Below, in pieces: positions 49,465-60,567 of a DNA stretch of 64,000 bases. The notes under the pieces were generated by a model. That model saw nothing but the letters and a program-made list of their open reading frames with translations, was not told the origin of the DNA and ran no database searches. The stretch's first letter is position 1, and each line of letters starts with the position of its first letter. The translations under genes were made by a program, and so were the position numbers. The DNA is from Isosphaeraceae bacterium. GTDB taxonomy: Bacteria > Planctomycetota > Planctomycetia > Isosphaerales > Isosphaeraceae. The stretch is from NCBI GenBank assembly GCA_965201075.1, contig CBDAVP010000016.1, positions 1 to 64,000 on the forward strand, in the 5' to 3' direction.

Positions 49465-50675
49465 CCGCCCACTCGCCTCGGGCCCGCCGGGGGGTCACGC
49501 TGACCGAGATTTTGATCAGCATTTTGATCCTCGGCGTCGGGATGATCTCGCTGGCCACGCTGTTCCCAATCGGGCTGCTGCGGATTCGCGAGGCCACCAG
49601 GTCCAGCCGCTCGGCGTTGCTGTCCCGCGAGGCGGGATCGCAGATTCAGGCCCGCAACCTCTTCGACCGGAACCTATACCCGTTCAACGCCACGCTCGGG
49701 GCTTATTACGATAACTCGACGGTACCGCCGACGATCTTCGACCCGTGGCTTCAGGACGGGCTCTCGGGCAGCGGCAACCTTGACCGCACCCTGGCCGGGT
49801 CCGTGGGGCCGGGCCTGCCGGTGGCGTATGACTCGCTCTGGTGGGCCTTGAGCAATCAGCCGTGGAACCGGACCAGCGTCACCTCCAGCCTCCCCCGGTT
49901 CGGGGTCAAGACCACCGACACGCTGCATCACGGTTCCGGCGATGGCACCGGCCTGGCCGGGGTCAGCGCCTTCGGCCTTCAACGGATTAGCAGCATCTTG
50001 CCCAGTGTCGTCCTCAGCGATCCATCGACTTTTGTTTCGCCGGATGACCCGGTCTATCAGACAGATACCCCAGCGACTAGCCCTCTGATCCCCGACCTGA
50101 GTACCGGCTCAGTCCAGTACGATTACAACTACTCCTACATGTTCACCGGCCAGCAGTCGGACTGTAACGAGTACACCGTCTTCGACGGGTCGGTGGTGGT
50201 CCACAACAACCGTCCGTTCGGGCTCGATGCGACGGGTGCGGCTGGCGAGCGGGTGGTCGAGGGAGTCTTCGGCTACGGGGTCAATGCGAATAGCGTCAAC
50301 AGTTACAGCACGGGGAATCCTCGGCTGGTGTTGCTGAGGTGGTCGGCCAGCGAGCCCGACCCCGAGGTCGCCCTGGGCAGTTGGATCGCCGACGTGACCT
50401 ATGAGCAGAACGCGACGAACTCGGCGACCAAGTTCGCCAACACCGCCCCGTACCCAATGCAGCGCTGCATCTGGTACCGGGTGGCCAAGCGATCGGCGGC
50501 GACCGTCGATCCGTCATTCAATGACTTTCGACGGATGCAAATCACCCTGACCGCTCCGGTCCGCGCCATGACGCTCCTCCAGCCCAATTCCGACAGCCCG
50601 GTCTACACCAACGCGGCCTTGCTTTGCCCGTCGGTGGTGAACGTCTTCCCCCGGGTGATTTACACCCAGGACTGA
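49461..50675 (+). CDS. Large prepilin-like protein (404 aa, PilV/GspI-like)
   Basis: RRG|VTLTEILISILILGVGMISLATLFPIG. Confidence 0.85.
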   Translation: MTAHSPRARRGVTLTEILISILILGVGMISLATLFPIGLLRIREATRSSRSALLSREAGSQIQARNLFDRNLYPFNATLGAYYDNSTVPPTIFDPWLQDGLSGSGNLDRTLAGSVGPGLPVAYDSLWWALSNQPWNRTSVTSSLPRFGVKTTDTLHHGSGDGTGLAGVSAFGLQRISSILPSVVLSDPSTFVSPDDPVYQTDTPATSPLIPDLSTGSVQYDYNYSYMFTGQQSDCNEYTVFDGSVVVHNNRPFGLDATGAAGERVVEGVFGYGVNANSVNSYSTGNPRLVLLRWSASEPDPEVALGSWIADVTYEQNATNSATKFANTAPYPMQRCIWYRVAKRSAATVDPSFNDFRRMQITLTAPVRAMTLLQPNSDSPVYTNAALLCPSVVNVFPRVIYTQD

Positions 50676-50753
50676 TTCACTCGAATCAATTTGACTCGAC
50701 TCGCCGGCCGCTTGGGGACCTCGATCGCCATGCACTTCAAGGGGACAACCGCC

Positions 50754-52730
50754 ATGCACCGCAATGCTCCACGACGACGCCCCGGCCGTCGCGGTGTGAC
50801 GCTGGTCGAGATGCTGGTCACGGTGGCCCTGGTCGTCCTGATCATGACAATCGTCGTCAACGTCTTCCGCTCGGCCACCGGAGCCGTGCGAGGCGTGCAG
50901 ATCAACCAGGAATTCGAGGTCAACCTCCGCCGCCTGGAGGCCACCCTCCGCCAGGACCTGGCCGGCGCCACGGCGCGGTTCACCCCGCCGTTGAACCCCA
51001 AGGACGGCCTCGGTTACTTCGAGTACGGCGAGAATTCGTTTGCCGACGTCCAGGGCGAGGACACCGACGACTGGATGGCCCTGACGGTCAAGGCCCCCAT
51101 CGGCCAGCCGTTCCAGGGGCGCTACTGGGACCCCAACGGCAACCAGGCGATCCAGCCGACGATCATCACCAGCGAGTTCGCCGAGGTCCTCTACTTCCTG
51201 CGCAACGGCAACCTCTACCGGCGTATCCTGCTGATCGTGCCCGAGAAATCCGGGAACCTTCTTGCGGCCGATCAAAACTCACCGCCGTCGCCGTTCCCTT
51301 ACACCGTCACTCTCAAAACTATGTATGCAAGTCCCTCCAACCCTCTCCCGGTGAGTTGGCTGGGCGTCAACGACATCTCGGCGAGGCCCGGCCGCTGGGT
51401 TGACCTGTCCGTGGCCCCAGTCCCCAATACCCTGGGCGACCTGACCAACCGCGAGAACCGCGCCTTCCGGCCCCGGTACGATGACGACTACGACGGGGAT
51501 AATCTCCCCGACGAGTTTCACGGAGGTCCGGTCTCGGGCACGAACTCTCTCCCGAATGGGATCCTCGACGAGTACCCGACGCTCTATCCCAATGTCATCA
51601 CCAGCACCGCGACGGCCACGGGCTCGGTCCTGTTGAACGAAACGCAGTTCACCCGAGTGGGGAACCCGGGTCTCGACGGGCTGCCTTTCCCGTACATCTT
51701 CCCCGGGGCCTACTCGGTGCCCGACTACCCTTACGGGGCAACCCTGGTCTACGGGCCGATCCACGCCGTCGGCGCCGCGACCCCGGTCGTGAACCACTCG
51801 CCTCTGGAACTGGGAGACAACCTGCCGGTCCCCACGGCGAACCTCCAAACTTACTGGGGCTGGCCGACCTGGAAGGAGACCGCGTCGCCGTTCTGGACCG
51901 ACCCGTGGATTCGTCTTTATGATAATGGCAATAAGCAAAGCCCAGGGCTGTCCAACCTCTCCACCAACGCGGCGGCGCTGCCCCCATTGACCACCGGAAT
52001 GCTCGGCTCGTCGACGGTCCCCTACCGAGCGATCCCCCAGCCGTTCAACGACGCCGCGGGAAGTTCGACCTTCGCCCTGCTTCCGACCGCCGCGGCTCCG
52101 TTCACTTACCCCTCCACCGGCCAGACCTTGCTGTGGAACAACGCCTGGGAAGATGACCTGATCATGACGGGGGTGCGCTCGTTCGACATCAAGGCGTATG
52201 ATCCTAATGTTATAGCCACTCATACGGATCTTCAGGCCGGTGATCCAACGCCCGTCCCTCACTATGTCGACCTTGGCTATGCGCTGGACCGCACCGGTGC
52301 CGCGTATTGGTTGGGCGGCTTCCCTAACACCTATACCGCGGCCCAGGTCGCCTCGGGCCTGCAAAGCTTCGGTCACGAGGGCCGCATCCCGCCGCTGACG
52401 GCCGACTCCCGCGTCGATCCCCAATGGCCCACGTTCGTCGACAATACCGGCACGCTCCAGGCCAACAATATCGGCGAGAACTCGAATTCGACCATTCGCC
52501 TCAGGCGTGTCTGGGATAGCTGGTCAACCGAATACACCAACGCCCCCGACCTGCCGCTCGACCCGACCCAGGGACCGCTCAACAATCGACCCCCGGTCTA
52601 CCCGTCGTACCCAGCCCCCTACCCGGCTCCCCTGCGGGCGATCCAGATTCAGATTCGACTGAGCAACGCTCCCGACAATGACCACGTGAAGGCCCTGACG
52701 ATCACCCAGGACTTTTCCGACAAGCTTTGA
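50754..52730 (+). CDS. Large prepilin-like protein (~658 aa, PilW/GspJ-like)
   Basis: RRG|VTLVEML signal; LRQDLAG, EFAEVLYFLR..LYRR and C-terminal LRAIQIQIRL. Confidence 0.85.
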   Translation: MHRNAPRRRPGRRGVTLVEMLVTVALVVLIMTIVVNVFRSATGAVRGVQINQEFEVNLRRLEATLRQDLAGATARFTPPLNPKDGLGYFEYGENSFADVQGEDTDDWMALTVKAPIGQPFQGRYWDPNGNQAIQPTIITSEFAEVLYFLRNGNLYRRILLIVPEKSGNLLAADQNSPPSPFPYTVTLKTMYASPSNPLPVSWLGVNDISARPGRWVDLSVAPVPNTLGDLTNRENRAFRPRYDDDYDGDNLPDEFHGGPVSGTNSLPNGILDEYPTLYPNVITSTATATGSVLLNETQFTRVGNPGLDGLPFPYIFPGAYSVPDYPYGATLVYGPIHAVGAATPVVNHSPLELGDNLPVPTANLQTYWGWPTWKETASPFWTDPWIRLYDNGNKQSPGLSNLSTNAAALPPLTTGMLGSSTVPYRAIPQPFNDAAGSSTFALLPTAAAPFTYPSTGQTLLWNNAWEDDLIMTGVRSFDIKAYDPNVIATHTDLQAGDPTPVPHYVDLGYALDRTGAAYWLGGFPNTYTAAQVASGLQSFGHEGRIPPLTADSRVDPQWPTFVDNTGTLQANNIGENSNSTIRLRRVWDSWSTEYTNAPDLPLDPTQGPLNNRPPVYPSYPAPYPAPLRAIQIQIRLSNAPDNDHVKALTITQDFSDKL

Positions 52731-52795
52731 TTCCCGGCCGCGAACGGTCGCCGCAACCGCGCTCAATTCATCGGTCGAGGGAGGAACGAAGGCCC

Positions 52796-55700
52796 ATGTA
52801 CGTCGCACAACATCCGACCGACCCGCCCCGACGCGGCGTGGTGCTGGTTTTGATCCTGGCGATGCTGGGACTGCTGGCGCTGATCGGCGTCTCCTTCGCC
52901 ACCATCACCGGCCAGGCCCAAACCGGCAGCCGCAGGTTCGCCGAGGCGGCCTATACCCCCACCTCCGACCAGGTGATGGACTTCGCCCTCTCGCAACTGG
53001 TCTATGACACGACCAACCCGCTCTCCGCCATTCGCGGCCACAGCCTGGCCAACGACATGTACGGCAACGACGCGGCCAACATCGGCACCATCAACGCCGC
53101 TGGATACAACCAGCACGGCTACAACGTCCTCTCCAGCGGCACCGGCGTCAGTTTCACGGCCGGAACGGCGGACAACGTGAGTGTGGGCGGCACCACTCCG
53201 TATTCCGCCTACACGCAGTACACGACCAACATCGCGGTTGCCGGCACGCCCGACCTGACCGGTTGGATCATCCGCGTGACCGCTCCGGGGCTGGTCTCGC
53301 AGACCGTGGAAGTCGTGCGTGACGACCGGACCACCACCGCCACCAAGACGTACCACCTCCTGACCCTCTCCAACTTCGACGGCAACGCCCGCCTGGCGAA
53401 TTTCGGTAGCACCAACGCCCAGGCCGCCCTTGATGGTAACTTCCGTCGCGCCTTCAACGGGCCGGGTGCCAACAACTGGTCGTTCCTGCCCACCGCCAGC
53501 CCGGCGATTCCGGCCAACTTCGCCCAGTACGCGAACTTCCGGTTCAATGGTGACATCAACAACGGCAACCCCACGCCCGGCAACCCGAACGCCTTCCAGA
53601 CGGGTCTCGGTGGCATGGACGAAGATTACGACGCCGTGGACACCGAGAACTGGTTCCTGGCGATGATCAGCGCCGACGGCTCAGTGGTGGTCCCCTCGTT
53701 CCACCGACCGGGCATCCTGGCGGCCGACGACTGGAAGTATCCGTACAATTCAACCGACACCGCGGCAAAGCGATCCAGCGTTTTAGCGTCAATGGCAAAG
53801 ATCCTCCGCCCTCGGTCGGTGGACCATCCGGGTTCGGCGGGGACTTTTCCCAACCTCGTGCCAGACGCGACGACCGGGAAGATCACCTACGACGTGGACA
53901 ATGACGGCGACGGGGTCGCCGAGTCGGTCTGGCTGGACCTGGGCCACCCGGTCATCAGCGACGCCTCGGGCAAGCGGTTTAAGCCGCTGTACGCCATGAC
54001 GGTGATGGGACTCAACGGCCGCATCCCTCTGAATACCGCGGGCAACATCCAGGGCCGGCATCTCAACTCCGACCCCTCCGGCGCGGGCCTGTATAACCTC
54101 GGCGACCCCACCTTCAATCACACCTCGCATCTGGGCTATTCCCCCAGCGAGATCAGCCCGCTCTACGCGCTGCAGAACGCCCCGGACCTGAACTACTTTC
54201 AGTTCGACAACACGAACACCCCCAGCGGGCCCTCGCCCGTAAGCGTGACGCAGCTTCGCAATTTGCTGACCGGTACGCGAGTCCCCCTGTCGACCAATAA
54301 AGATGCCAACACCGTGACGGCCGGGACGTCGCTGATTTCGATGGGCAACAATATCTATGATTCGACCACGACCCCCAGCTACGACGAATCGGTGGGGACT
54401 GGCACCGTTGTCCGCAACTCCACCACGGTCAGTGGCCGGTGGGGTGAGCCGAACTTGATCTCGCTCGGGCTGGTCAACCCGAATGTTTTTGGCAATGGCA
54501 GCCGCGCCGGGCGGACCAACAACGTCCCGTTCGTCGCGTCTCGGGCTGAGATCGACGCCGCCGACGACAACCGCAATACGTTCGACTTCCGGCTCCCGGG
54601 CCAGAGCAATCCTGAGGATGGGGACTATAACGATAACCCGCCATTGGCGGCTATCAACGTCAACGTCCCTCTGCCACCGGTGGAACGAACTCGTCGCTTC
54701 GTGAAGCCCTTCGACTTGGCGGGTACCGGTCGTCTCGGCCCGTTTGGCACTTTGATGACCTTTGGTGGGGCGACGTACACCCCGGCCACCGGAACCCAGA
54801 CGGGCTTCGACGCCGCATCGGTTCGCCAGGGCTACCTTGGGTCCGACGCCGCAGGCCGGCTGACCACTTGGATTTACCATCGCCCCCCGGGTGTTCCACC
54901 AATTGTTTCCCACACCACCTACGACTCCGACCCGTCTTATGGAAGTCCCGACGCCGGCCCGGACATCACCAGCAATCCCCTCCACGGATATGAGTCGGAG
55001 CGGAATCCCGATCCCGGTGCGCTGGTTCAATCCGTCGCGGCAATGCCTTTCAACACTTCGGCTGTGGCCTACCCGACGTTCACAGGGCCGATCAACTCCG
55101 AGGACTCTACTACCACACCTGCGGTGAACTACGGCTATCTCAACGGCAGCCTTGCATTGAATGAGGCCGAAGAAATGGACCACTACAACCCGAGCCACTT
55201 CGACTCGCCGTTTGGGCCCGAGGACACCGAGTGGCTTTACCGTCGCCAGGACATCGACGGCTCATCGCTGGACAGCCGCCTGGCTCAACTGGCCCCCGTC
55301 AGTTTCGGCAACAACGGCGGCGCCTCCGCCCGCGCCAATGGGGCCTTGCGGCCCGACGCGATGATGCGACGCAACCTCTTCGCCCACGAGGTTTGGGACA
55401 CCAACGCCCTTGTCCTGGCCAACGACAACCCCGGCAGTGCCGCCAGTCCCAATGGCGTCTTCCAATTCAACAGCCGGCTGCTCCCCTCATCCAACTGCAG
55501 CGTCAATACCCTGCATTCCGGGGCTCGGCATTACCCGATTCAAGCCGAAACCCTTAGCAGCAGTTACATGAGTAACGTGAATCTTCCTAGCCCCGGCCAG
55601 ACGGCACTGGCCACGCCGAGTCTTGCCCACCGCGACCGCAAGATCAACCTGAATTATCCCCTGCCAGTCTCCAATGCTCCAGACGAGCCTGTCCGCAAGA

Positions 55701-58700
55701 AGTGGATCACCGAGACGTATAACTTCCTGCTGGAGACGCTCCCCCCCGAGGCGACCGACACCGCCGAGGAACAAGTTAAGCTCTGCCAGTACCTCGTCAA
55801 CATCATCGATTTCCGCGACCCCGACGGCGCGATGACCCATTTTATCCATCCCAACGTCCTACTGGTCCCCGCCGGCGCCGCGGCGGCAATGTCTCCAGGC
55901 ACACCGCCCCGAGCCATCCTCTCCTACAACACTACCGATCCGGACTACGGCAAGGCCATTCCGATGGATCTTTATGGGATGGAATATAATCCGATCGCCA
56001 TCAATGAGGTTTTGGCCTATTCGTTCAAACGGGCTAGTGGCGCTACCGGGATCGACACGCCCCGCTTTTTCGTTGAACTGGTCAACACCCTTAGCATCGC
56101 CGGAAATCCCGCGTCGATCCCTAGCGGTTACCCCTCTACGGGTTGGAACCCAAGCGACATCAACCTGGCTGGATGGGACTTAGTCGTCGCGTTCGAGAAT
56201 AATAGCTTGTCCAGCACGACTAGCCCCGGCGAGGATTTCACCTGCCGCCCCGACCCCCTGACTGGCCAAATCCCGCCCCAACCCGCCACGGGCCGGGCGC
56301 AGTTTATCTACATGCCGCTCCAACCCCGTCCGACCGGCTCCACGAATAGCACCACACGATTCTTTTCCACCCCGTCCATCAAGGCCAATGGAACGCCACA
56401 GTATATGGTCTTGTCCAACCCTCTGGTGGACTACACGTGCGAAAACGGATATTCGTCGCCGGGCGCGGGCGGGACCGGTAATATTGCGCCTAATTTGGAC
56501 GGCATCCTAACGCGGTCCGGATTAGGCGATGTGTTAGCGAACAACGGAAGCTATGTTGCCGCGGACGACCCGTTTGCCCTAGGGGCGACGATCCCTCCAG
56601 CGGGATTTCCCGGGGCCTACAACACTACCAACGCCTTCGACATCGCAGACCCCAATTATCCATCTACACGCTCGAACATCCCGCAGACCAACATTGACGC
56701 TCTTCCAACCAACGTCCTCGGCCGTGCCCAAGGGAAATTCTTCTGGCTCTACCTGAGGCGGCCCGCCAACCCACTCGTTTCGGCAGACCCCTCGGCGGCC
56801 ACCGCGACCGGCAACCCAATGGTCGTCGTCGACTCCTTCCGATTCCCCTTCATCGAAGCAGGAGCCAAGGTCGATATCAGTGATCCCAAGAATCCGGCCA
56901 TCGATCGTAGCCTGAACCGAGATCTTTACTCGTTCCAGCGAACCCAACCGTACCGAGGTGGCCAGGAGATTCCAACCCCGATCGGCCCACCGTATCCGTC
57001 CCCGCCCCAATCCCTCGGTTATTCGGAGCAGACGGCCATTACGACGCCGATGAAGTCTGGACCCGGCAACCTTACGAGTACGGTGTATCCCTATATGTTC
57101 GGCGTCTGCCCGAGCACTTCGACTCCTCCCCAATACTACCAAATTACCGGCACCACCCAAACGACTCCCCCCACACCTTATTCTCAAGTTAACACACCCA
57201 ACAAAGGCCCAGGCTCATACAAATCTACCAATGCTAGTAATACTTGCGATGCGACTACGATTGCACAGACCTTGGGTGCGGAAAACTTCAACAAAGACGC
57301 CAACTGGGACCACTTCGTCTTCCACGACCGCGACTTCATGGGAGTGGCCGAGTTGCTGTTAGTTCCCGGCTGCCCGCCCGGTCTTTTCACCAAACAGTTC
57401 GTCGAGAACGCCCCGAGGAGCCCAGTGCTGAGCCTGCCCGATGTTAAACCACCGGCCGGATCCCCTTGGCCCACACTTCCTCAGGCGATCAACCTCTACG
57501 GCTCGACGAATGTCGCCCTTTCGACGGCCGCACCTCTCGAAACACCTCCGCATACTTACCCTTACCTGACCGACAACCTGTATTACTCGGCGACAAATAC
57601 CCAGGACGCAGTACCCGTCATCAACGGGACCACCGGCGCGGGCTGGCATAAGATGCTCGGGATTTTTGAAGTCCCCAGCCCGGCCATCAACGCCATCGGG
57701 CCGGTCGCGTCAAGCTCGAATCCCGACTCGAATGGCCATAACTTCGACTGGTTTCGCCAGGATCGCAAACCCGGCTTGTTGAACCTCAACCTTATCATCG
57801 ACGAGGAGGTCTTCTTCGGCCTTATCGACGATCCTCTACGGATGAACACCACCGCGGTCGCCTCGGTGGCTAGACCGGCTGGTCAACCGTCCGCGCTACC
57901 CGTGGTCTATCCCGTCGCGGCACCGCCTGTGATCAATACCCCGTACATCGCCACCCATAGCGGTTCGGACCTCATCTACTATCCGACGATGGCCAACCGC
58001 GGATTCCAGCTGTTCCTAGATGGTACTGGCAACCCTTCCTTCTCCGCTGCCTTCCAGAATAATGCCTATTCATTCATGAAACGGGCGTTCCGTGATTTCC
58101 TCGGCATGAGGCATACTTTTGACAGCACGACCAACAGCAACCCGATCCTGTTTGGACCTGGCCCAGAGCGGCCCTTCCATGACCTGACCTATCCCGACAT
58201 TGATTACACGGTGATGCGGCCCGCCCTGCTGCCTGGGTCGATGGCATTTGATCCAGGGACTAAGAGCACCAGTACCGATTACAACGCCCCTGGGGCCGGC
58301 GGAATTCGGATTGGCCCGCCGCCTGTTCCTACTCGCCGACTGTTTAGCATTCCCACAACGGCGAACCCTACTCCAAACCCTCACGACAACTCCAGTCAGT
58401 ATGGCGACACCAGTTTCAACGCCTACACCGTTGTAAATGGTGCCCCCGTTGTGGACCTGTCGTCGGCCCCCTCCGCCGCGGCCCCTACGGTCGGAACCTC
58501 GTGGCTTGGCGGCATCGCTGCCGGCGACAACCGCCAGCACCCGGTTTTCCAGACCGAGTGGCTTCAGAAGGTGATGAACCTCACCACCGTCCGCACCCAT
58601 CAGTTCGCCGTTTGGGTGACCGTTGGGTTCTTCGAGGTCAGTTCGGCCGGCAACGCCCAGGTGGTCCCGCCGATCCCCGATGTCCTTGGCCGAGAAGTCG

Positions 58701-58831
58701 GCGCCCGAGAGGGCCGCGCCATCCGCTATCGGTCCTTCTTCCTGCTGGACCGCACCCGCATCCCTGGCTTCAACCCCCAAGACCCGGGCGACTTCCGCGA
58801 CGTCGTCCTGTACCGTCGGCGCATCGAATGA
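52796..58831 (+). CDS. Giant PilX/GspK-like prepilin protein (~2011 aa), putative tip adhesin
   Basis: RRG|VVLVLILAMLGLLAL (no Glu5, as in PilX/GspK); K-like RIPLNTAG/KINLN, NIIDFRD and TTVRTHQFAVWVTVGFFEV motifs; Pro/Thr/Asn-rich inserts. Confidence 0.85.
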   Translation: MYVAQHPTDPPRRGVVLVLILAMLGLLALIGVSFATITGQAQTGSRRFAEAAYTPTSDQVMDFALSQLVYDTTNPLSAIRGHSLANDMYGNDAANIGTINAAGYNQHGYNVLSSGTGVSFTAGTADNVSVGGTTPYSAYTQYTTNIAVAGTPDLTGWIIRVTAPGLVSQTVEVVRDDRTTTATKTYHLLTLSNFDGNARLANFGSTNAQAALDGNFRRAFNGPGANNWSFLPTASPAIPANFAQYANFRFNGDINNGNPTPGNPNAFQTGLGGMDEDYDAVDTENWFLAMISADGSVVVPSFHRPGILAADDWKYPYNSTDTAAKRSSVLASMAKILRPRSVDHPGSAGTFPNLVPDATTGKITYDVDNDGDGVAESVWLDLGHPVISDASGKRFKPLYAMTVMGLNGRIPLNTAGNIQGRHLNSDPSGAGLYNLGDPTFNHTSHLGYSPSEISPLYALQNAPDLNYFQFDNTNTPSGPSPVSVTQLRNLLTGTRVPLSTNKDANTVTAGTSLISMGNNIYDSTTTPSYDESVGTGTVVRNSTTVSGRWGEPNLISLGLVNPNVFGNGSRAGRTNNVPFVASRAEIDAADDNRNTFDFRLPGQSNPEDGDYNDNPPLAAINVNVPLPPVERTRRFVKPFDLAGTGRLGPFGTLMTFGGATYTPATGTQTGFDAASVRQGYLGSDAAGRLTTWIYHRPPGVPPIVSHTTYDSDPSYGSPDAGPDITSNPLHGYESERNPDPGALVQSVAAMPFNTSAVAYPTFTGPINSEDSTTTPAVNYGYLNGSLALNEAEEMDHYNPSHFDSPFGPEDTEWLYRRQDIDGSSLDSRLAQLAPVSFGNNGGASARANGALRPDAMMRRNLFAHEVWDTNALVLANDNPGSAASPNGVFQFNSRLLPSSNCSVNTLHSGARHYPIQAETLSSSYMSNVNLPSPGQTALATPSLAHRDRKINLNYPLPVSNAPDEPVRKKWITETYNFLLETLPPEATDTAEEQVKLCQYLVNIIDFRDPDGAMTHFIHPNVLLVPAGAAAAMSPGTPPRAILSYNTTDPDYGKAIPMDLYGMEYNPIAINEVLAYSFKRASGATGIDTPRFFVELVNTLSIAGNPASIPSGYPSTGWNPSDINLAGWDLVVAFENNSLSSTTSPGEDFTCRPDPLTGQIPPQPATGRAQFIYMPLQPRPTGSTNSTTRFFSTPSIKANGTPQYMVLSNPLVDYTCENGYSSPGAGGTGNIAPNLDGILTRSGLGDVLANNGSYVAADDPFALGATIPPAGFPGAYNTTNAFDIADPNYPSTRSNIPQTNIDALPTNVLGRAQGKFFWLYLRRPANPLVSADPSAATATGNPMVVVDSFRFPFIEAGAKVDISDPKNPAIDRSLNRDLYSFQRTQPYRGGQEIPTPIGPPYPSPPQSLGYSEQTAITTPMKSGPGNLTSTVYPYMFGVCPSTSTPPQYYQITGTTQTTPPTPYSQVNTPNKGPGSYKSTNASNTCDATTIAQTLGAENFNKDANWDHFVFHDRDFMGVAELLLVPGCPPGLFTKQFVENAPRSPVLSLPDVKPPAGSPWPTLPQAINLYGSTNVALSTAAPLETPPHTYPYLTDNLYYSATNTQDAVPVINGTTGAGWHKMLGIFEVPSPAINAIGPVASSSNPDSNGHNFDWFRQDRKPGLLNLNLIIDEEVFFGLIDDPLRMNTTAVASVARPAGQPSALPVVYPVAAPPVINTPYIATHSGSDLIYYPTMANRGFQLFLDGTGNPSFSAAFQNNAYSFMKRAFRDFLGMRHTFDSTTNSNPILFGPGPERPFHDLTYPDIDYTVMRPALLPGSMAFDPGTKSTSTDYNAPGAGGIRIGPPPVPTRRLFSIPTTANPTPNPHDNSSQYGDTSFNAYTVVNGAPVVDLSSAPSAAAPTVGTSWLGGIAAGDNRQHPVFQTEWLQKVMNLTTVRTHQFAVWVTVGFFEVSSAGNAQVVPPIPDVLGREVGAREGRAIRYRSFFLLDRTRIPGFNPQDPGDFRDVVLYRRRIE

Positions 58832-58945
58832 GGCTCGTCGCGGGCCTCAACGTTCGCCGGCCACGGCCGGGGGACTGACTAGAATCCACGACACCCGTCG
58901 TATAGAATGAACCGAACCCCATCCCGTGCGAGAAAGGACCGTCCC

Positions 58946-60241
58946 ATGCTTGCCCGTCGTCCGCGTCGAGGCTTCACTCTCATCGAGCTGCTGGTGGTCA
59001 TCAGCATCATCGGCGTGCTCGTCGGCCTGCTGCTGCCGGCGGTTCAGAACGCCCGAGAGGCCGCCCGCCGCACCCAGTGCCTCAACAACGTCAAGCAACT
59101 CGGCCTGGCCCTGCAAGGGTTTCTCAACGCCAAGAACACCTTCCCCAATGCTTGCACCTTCGGCGAGGCCGACGCCACGGTCGCACCATCCTCGACCACG
59201 ACCGGCGGCACCACGACCGTCACCGGCGCCAGCGTCGCCAACTCGGCGATCCTCCCGGCCTTCAGCAACCCCCCGGTCCTGACCTCCACGGCCCAGATGG
59301 GCACTGGCAGTACCTTTAGCGACGTCGGCCCGCTCTATAGCTGGGTCGTCGATTGCCTGCCCTACATGGGTAACGACAATCTCTACAACGACTTCAACCG
59401 CAGTCGCGCCTGGTACGACATCAACGGCCGCACCGGGGACGACGCGTCCAAGCCGGCCAACATCGCCGTCACCTCCACTGAGATCGGCATCCTGGTCTGC
59501 CCCGACGACTCCACCGGACACGGCGGCGCCGGGAACCTCTCCTACGTCGTCAACGGCGGGTTCGCCCGTTGGATGGCCTACCCGATCTACTGGGTCGGGG
59601 CCGGGCCCACCGCCACCACCCCGCCCCAGAACGCCTCCAGCAATGGCTTCAACGACTGGACCGGCAGCGGCACCCCCAACGGGGCTGACGCCAACGTCGG
59701 TCACAAGACGGGCGTGATGTCCTGCGGCACCTTCACTGGTCGCGCCCCCTGGGACTACAAGACCAACTCGGCGGCGATCACGGACGGGCTGAGCTACACC
59801 CTGTTGATCGGCGAGAACTTCCTCGCCGGGGCCGGCTTCGTCGGCGGAACCGCGGTCAACTGGGGGTCGGCGAATCCCAATTCGGTCATGTTCCAGGCTT
59901 CGGACAACGTCTGCGGCGCCGCCGGCGCTTGCAGTTCCGCCTCGCTCACCGGCACCAACACCGCCGGCGTCTTCACCGACGGGGCCAGTTGGGCCGCCGC
60001 CAATAACGACACCACTTACGAGAGCATCAACTTCGGCACCCGTAACGGCCTTCAGGATCTTGAGGCTCCGTTCCTCAACAGCACCCACCCCGGCGTCGTC
60101 GTGGTCGGCATGTGCGACGGCTCGGCCCGTACGATCTCCTCGACGATCAACGGCACCGTTTATGCCAAACTGGTCACCCCGGCCGGCTCCAGCCTGCCCG
60201 GCGCTTATCGTCAAGGCCCGCTGAGTTCGGCTGACTACTGA
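58946..60241 (+). CDS. DUF1559 prepilin-type protein with an H-X9-DG motif
   Basis: [60 protein letters not shown] and [13 protein letters not shown]. Confidence 0.95.
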   Translation: MLARRPRRGFTLIELLVVISIIGVLVGLLLPAVQNAREAARRTQCLNNVKQLGLALQGFLNAKNTFPNACTFGEADATVAPSSTTTGGTTTVTGASVANSAILPAFSNPPVLTSTAQMGTGSTFSDVGPLYSWVVDCLPYMGNDNLYNDFNRSRAWYDINGRTGDDASKPANIAVTSTEIGILVCPDDSTGHGGAGNLSYVVNGGFARWMAYPIYWVGAGPTATTPPQNASSNGFNDWTGSGTPNGADANVGHKTGVMSCGTFTGRAPWDYKTNSAAITDGLSYTLLIGENFLAGAGFVGGTAVNWGSANPNSVMFQASDNVCGAAGACSSASLTGTNTAGVFTDGASWAAANNDTTYESINFGTRNGLQDLEAPFLNSTHPGVVVVGMCDGSARTISSTINGTVYAKLVTPAGSSLPGAYRQGPLSSADY

Positions 60242-60567
60242 GTCGGCGGTTCGCTCGGTCGGTTTCCGAAAGACACCTGGACCCCTCGGGACGGCCTCGG
60301 CCATCCCAAGGGGTTTGGTTCGCGCCCTTGGGGCGGTGCCTCGAAGAGCGCAGGCCCTCGCCTGGTCGGTCGGCCTCTCCGATGACTCGCCCACCGAGAT
60401 CCTTCGCAAGCGTCCGCCCCACTCCGAGGCCGATGCCCGGGTTCCCTCGAAGGCAACGAGCCGATCATGATCGGCGGCTGCGACGCCATGTCCGCTGCGT
60501 ACTCGTCGCCCGCGAAGTGACCCGCCCTTCAGGATAGACGGATCGGACGGGGCGGTTCCGTCCCGAT

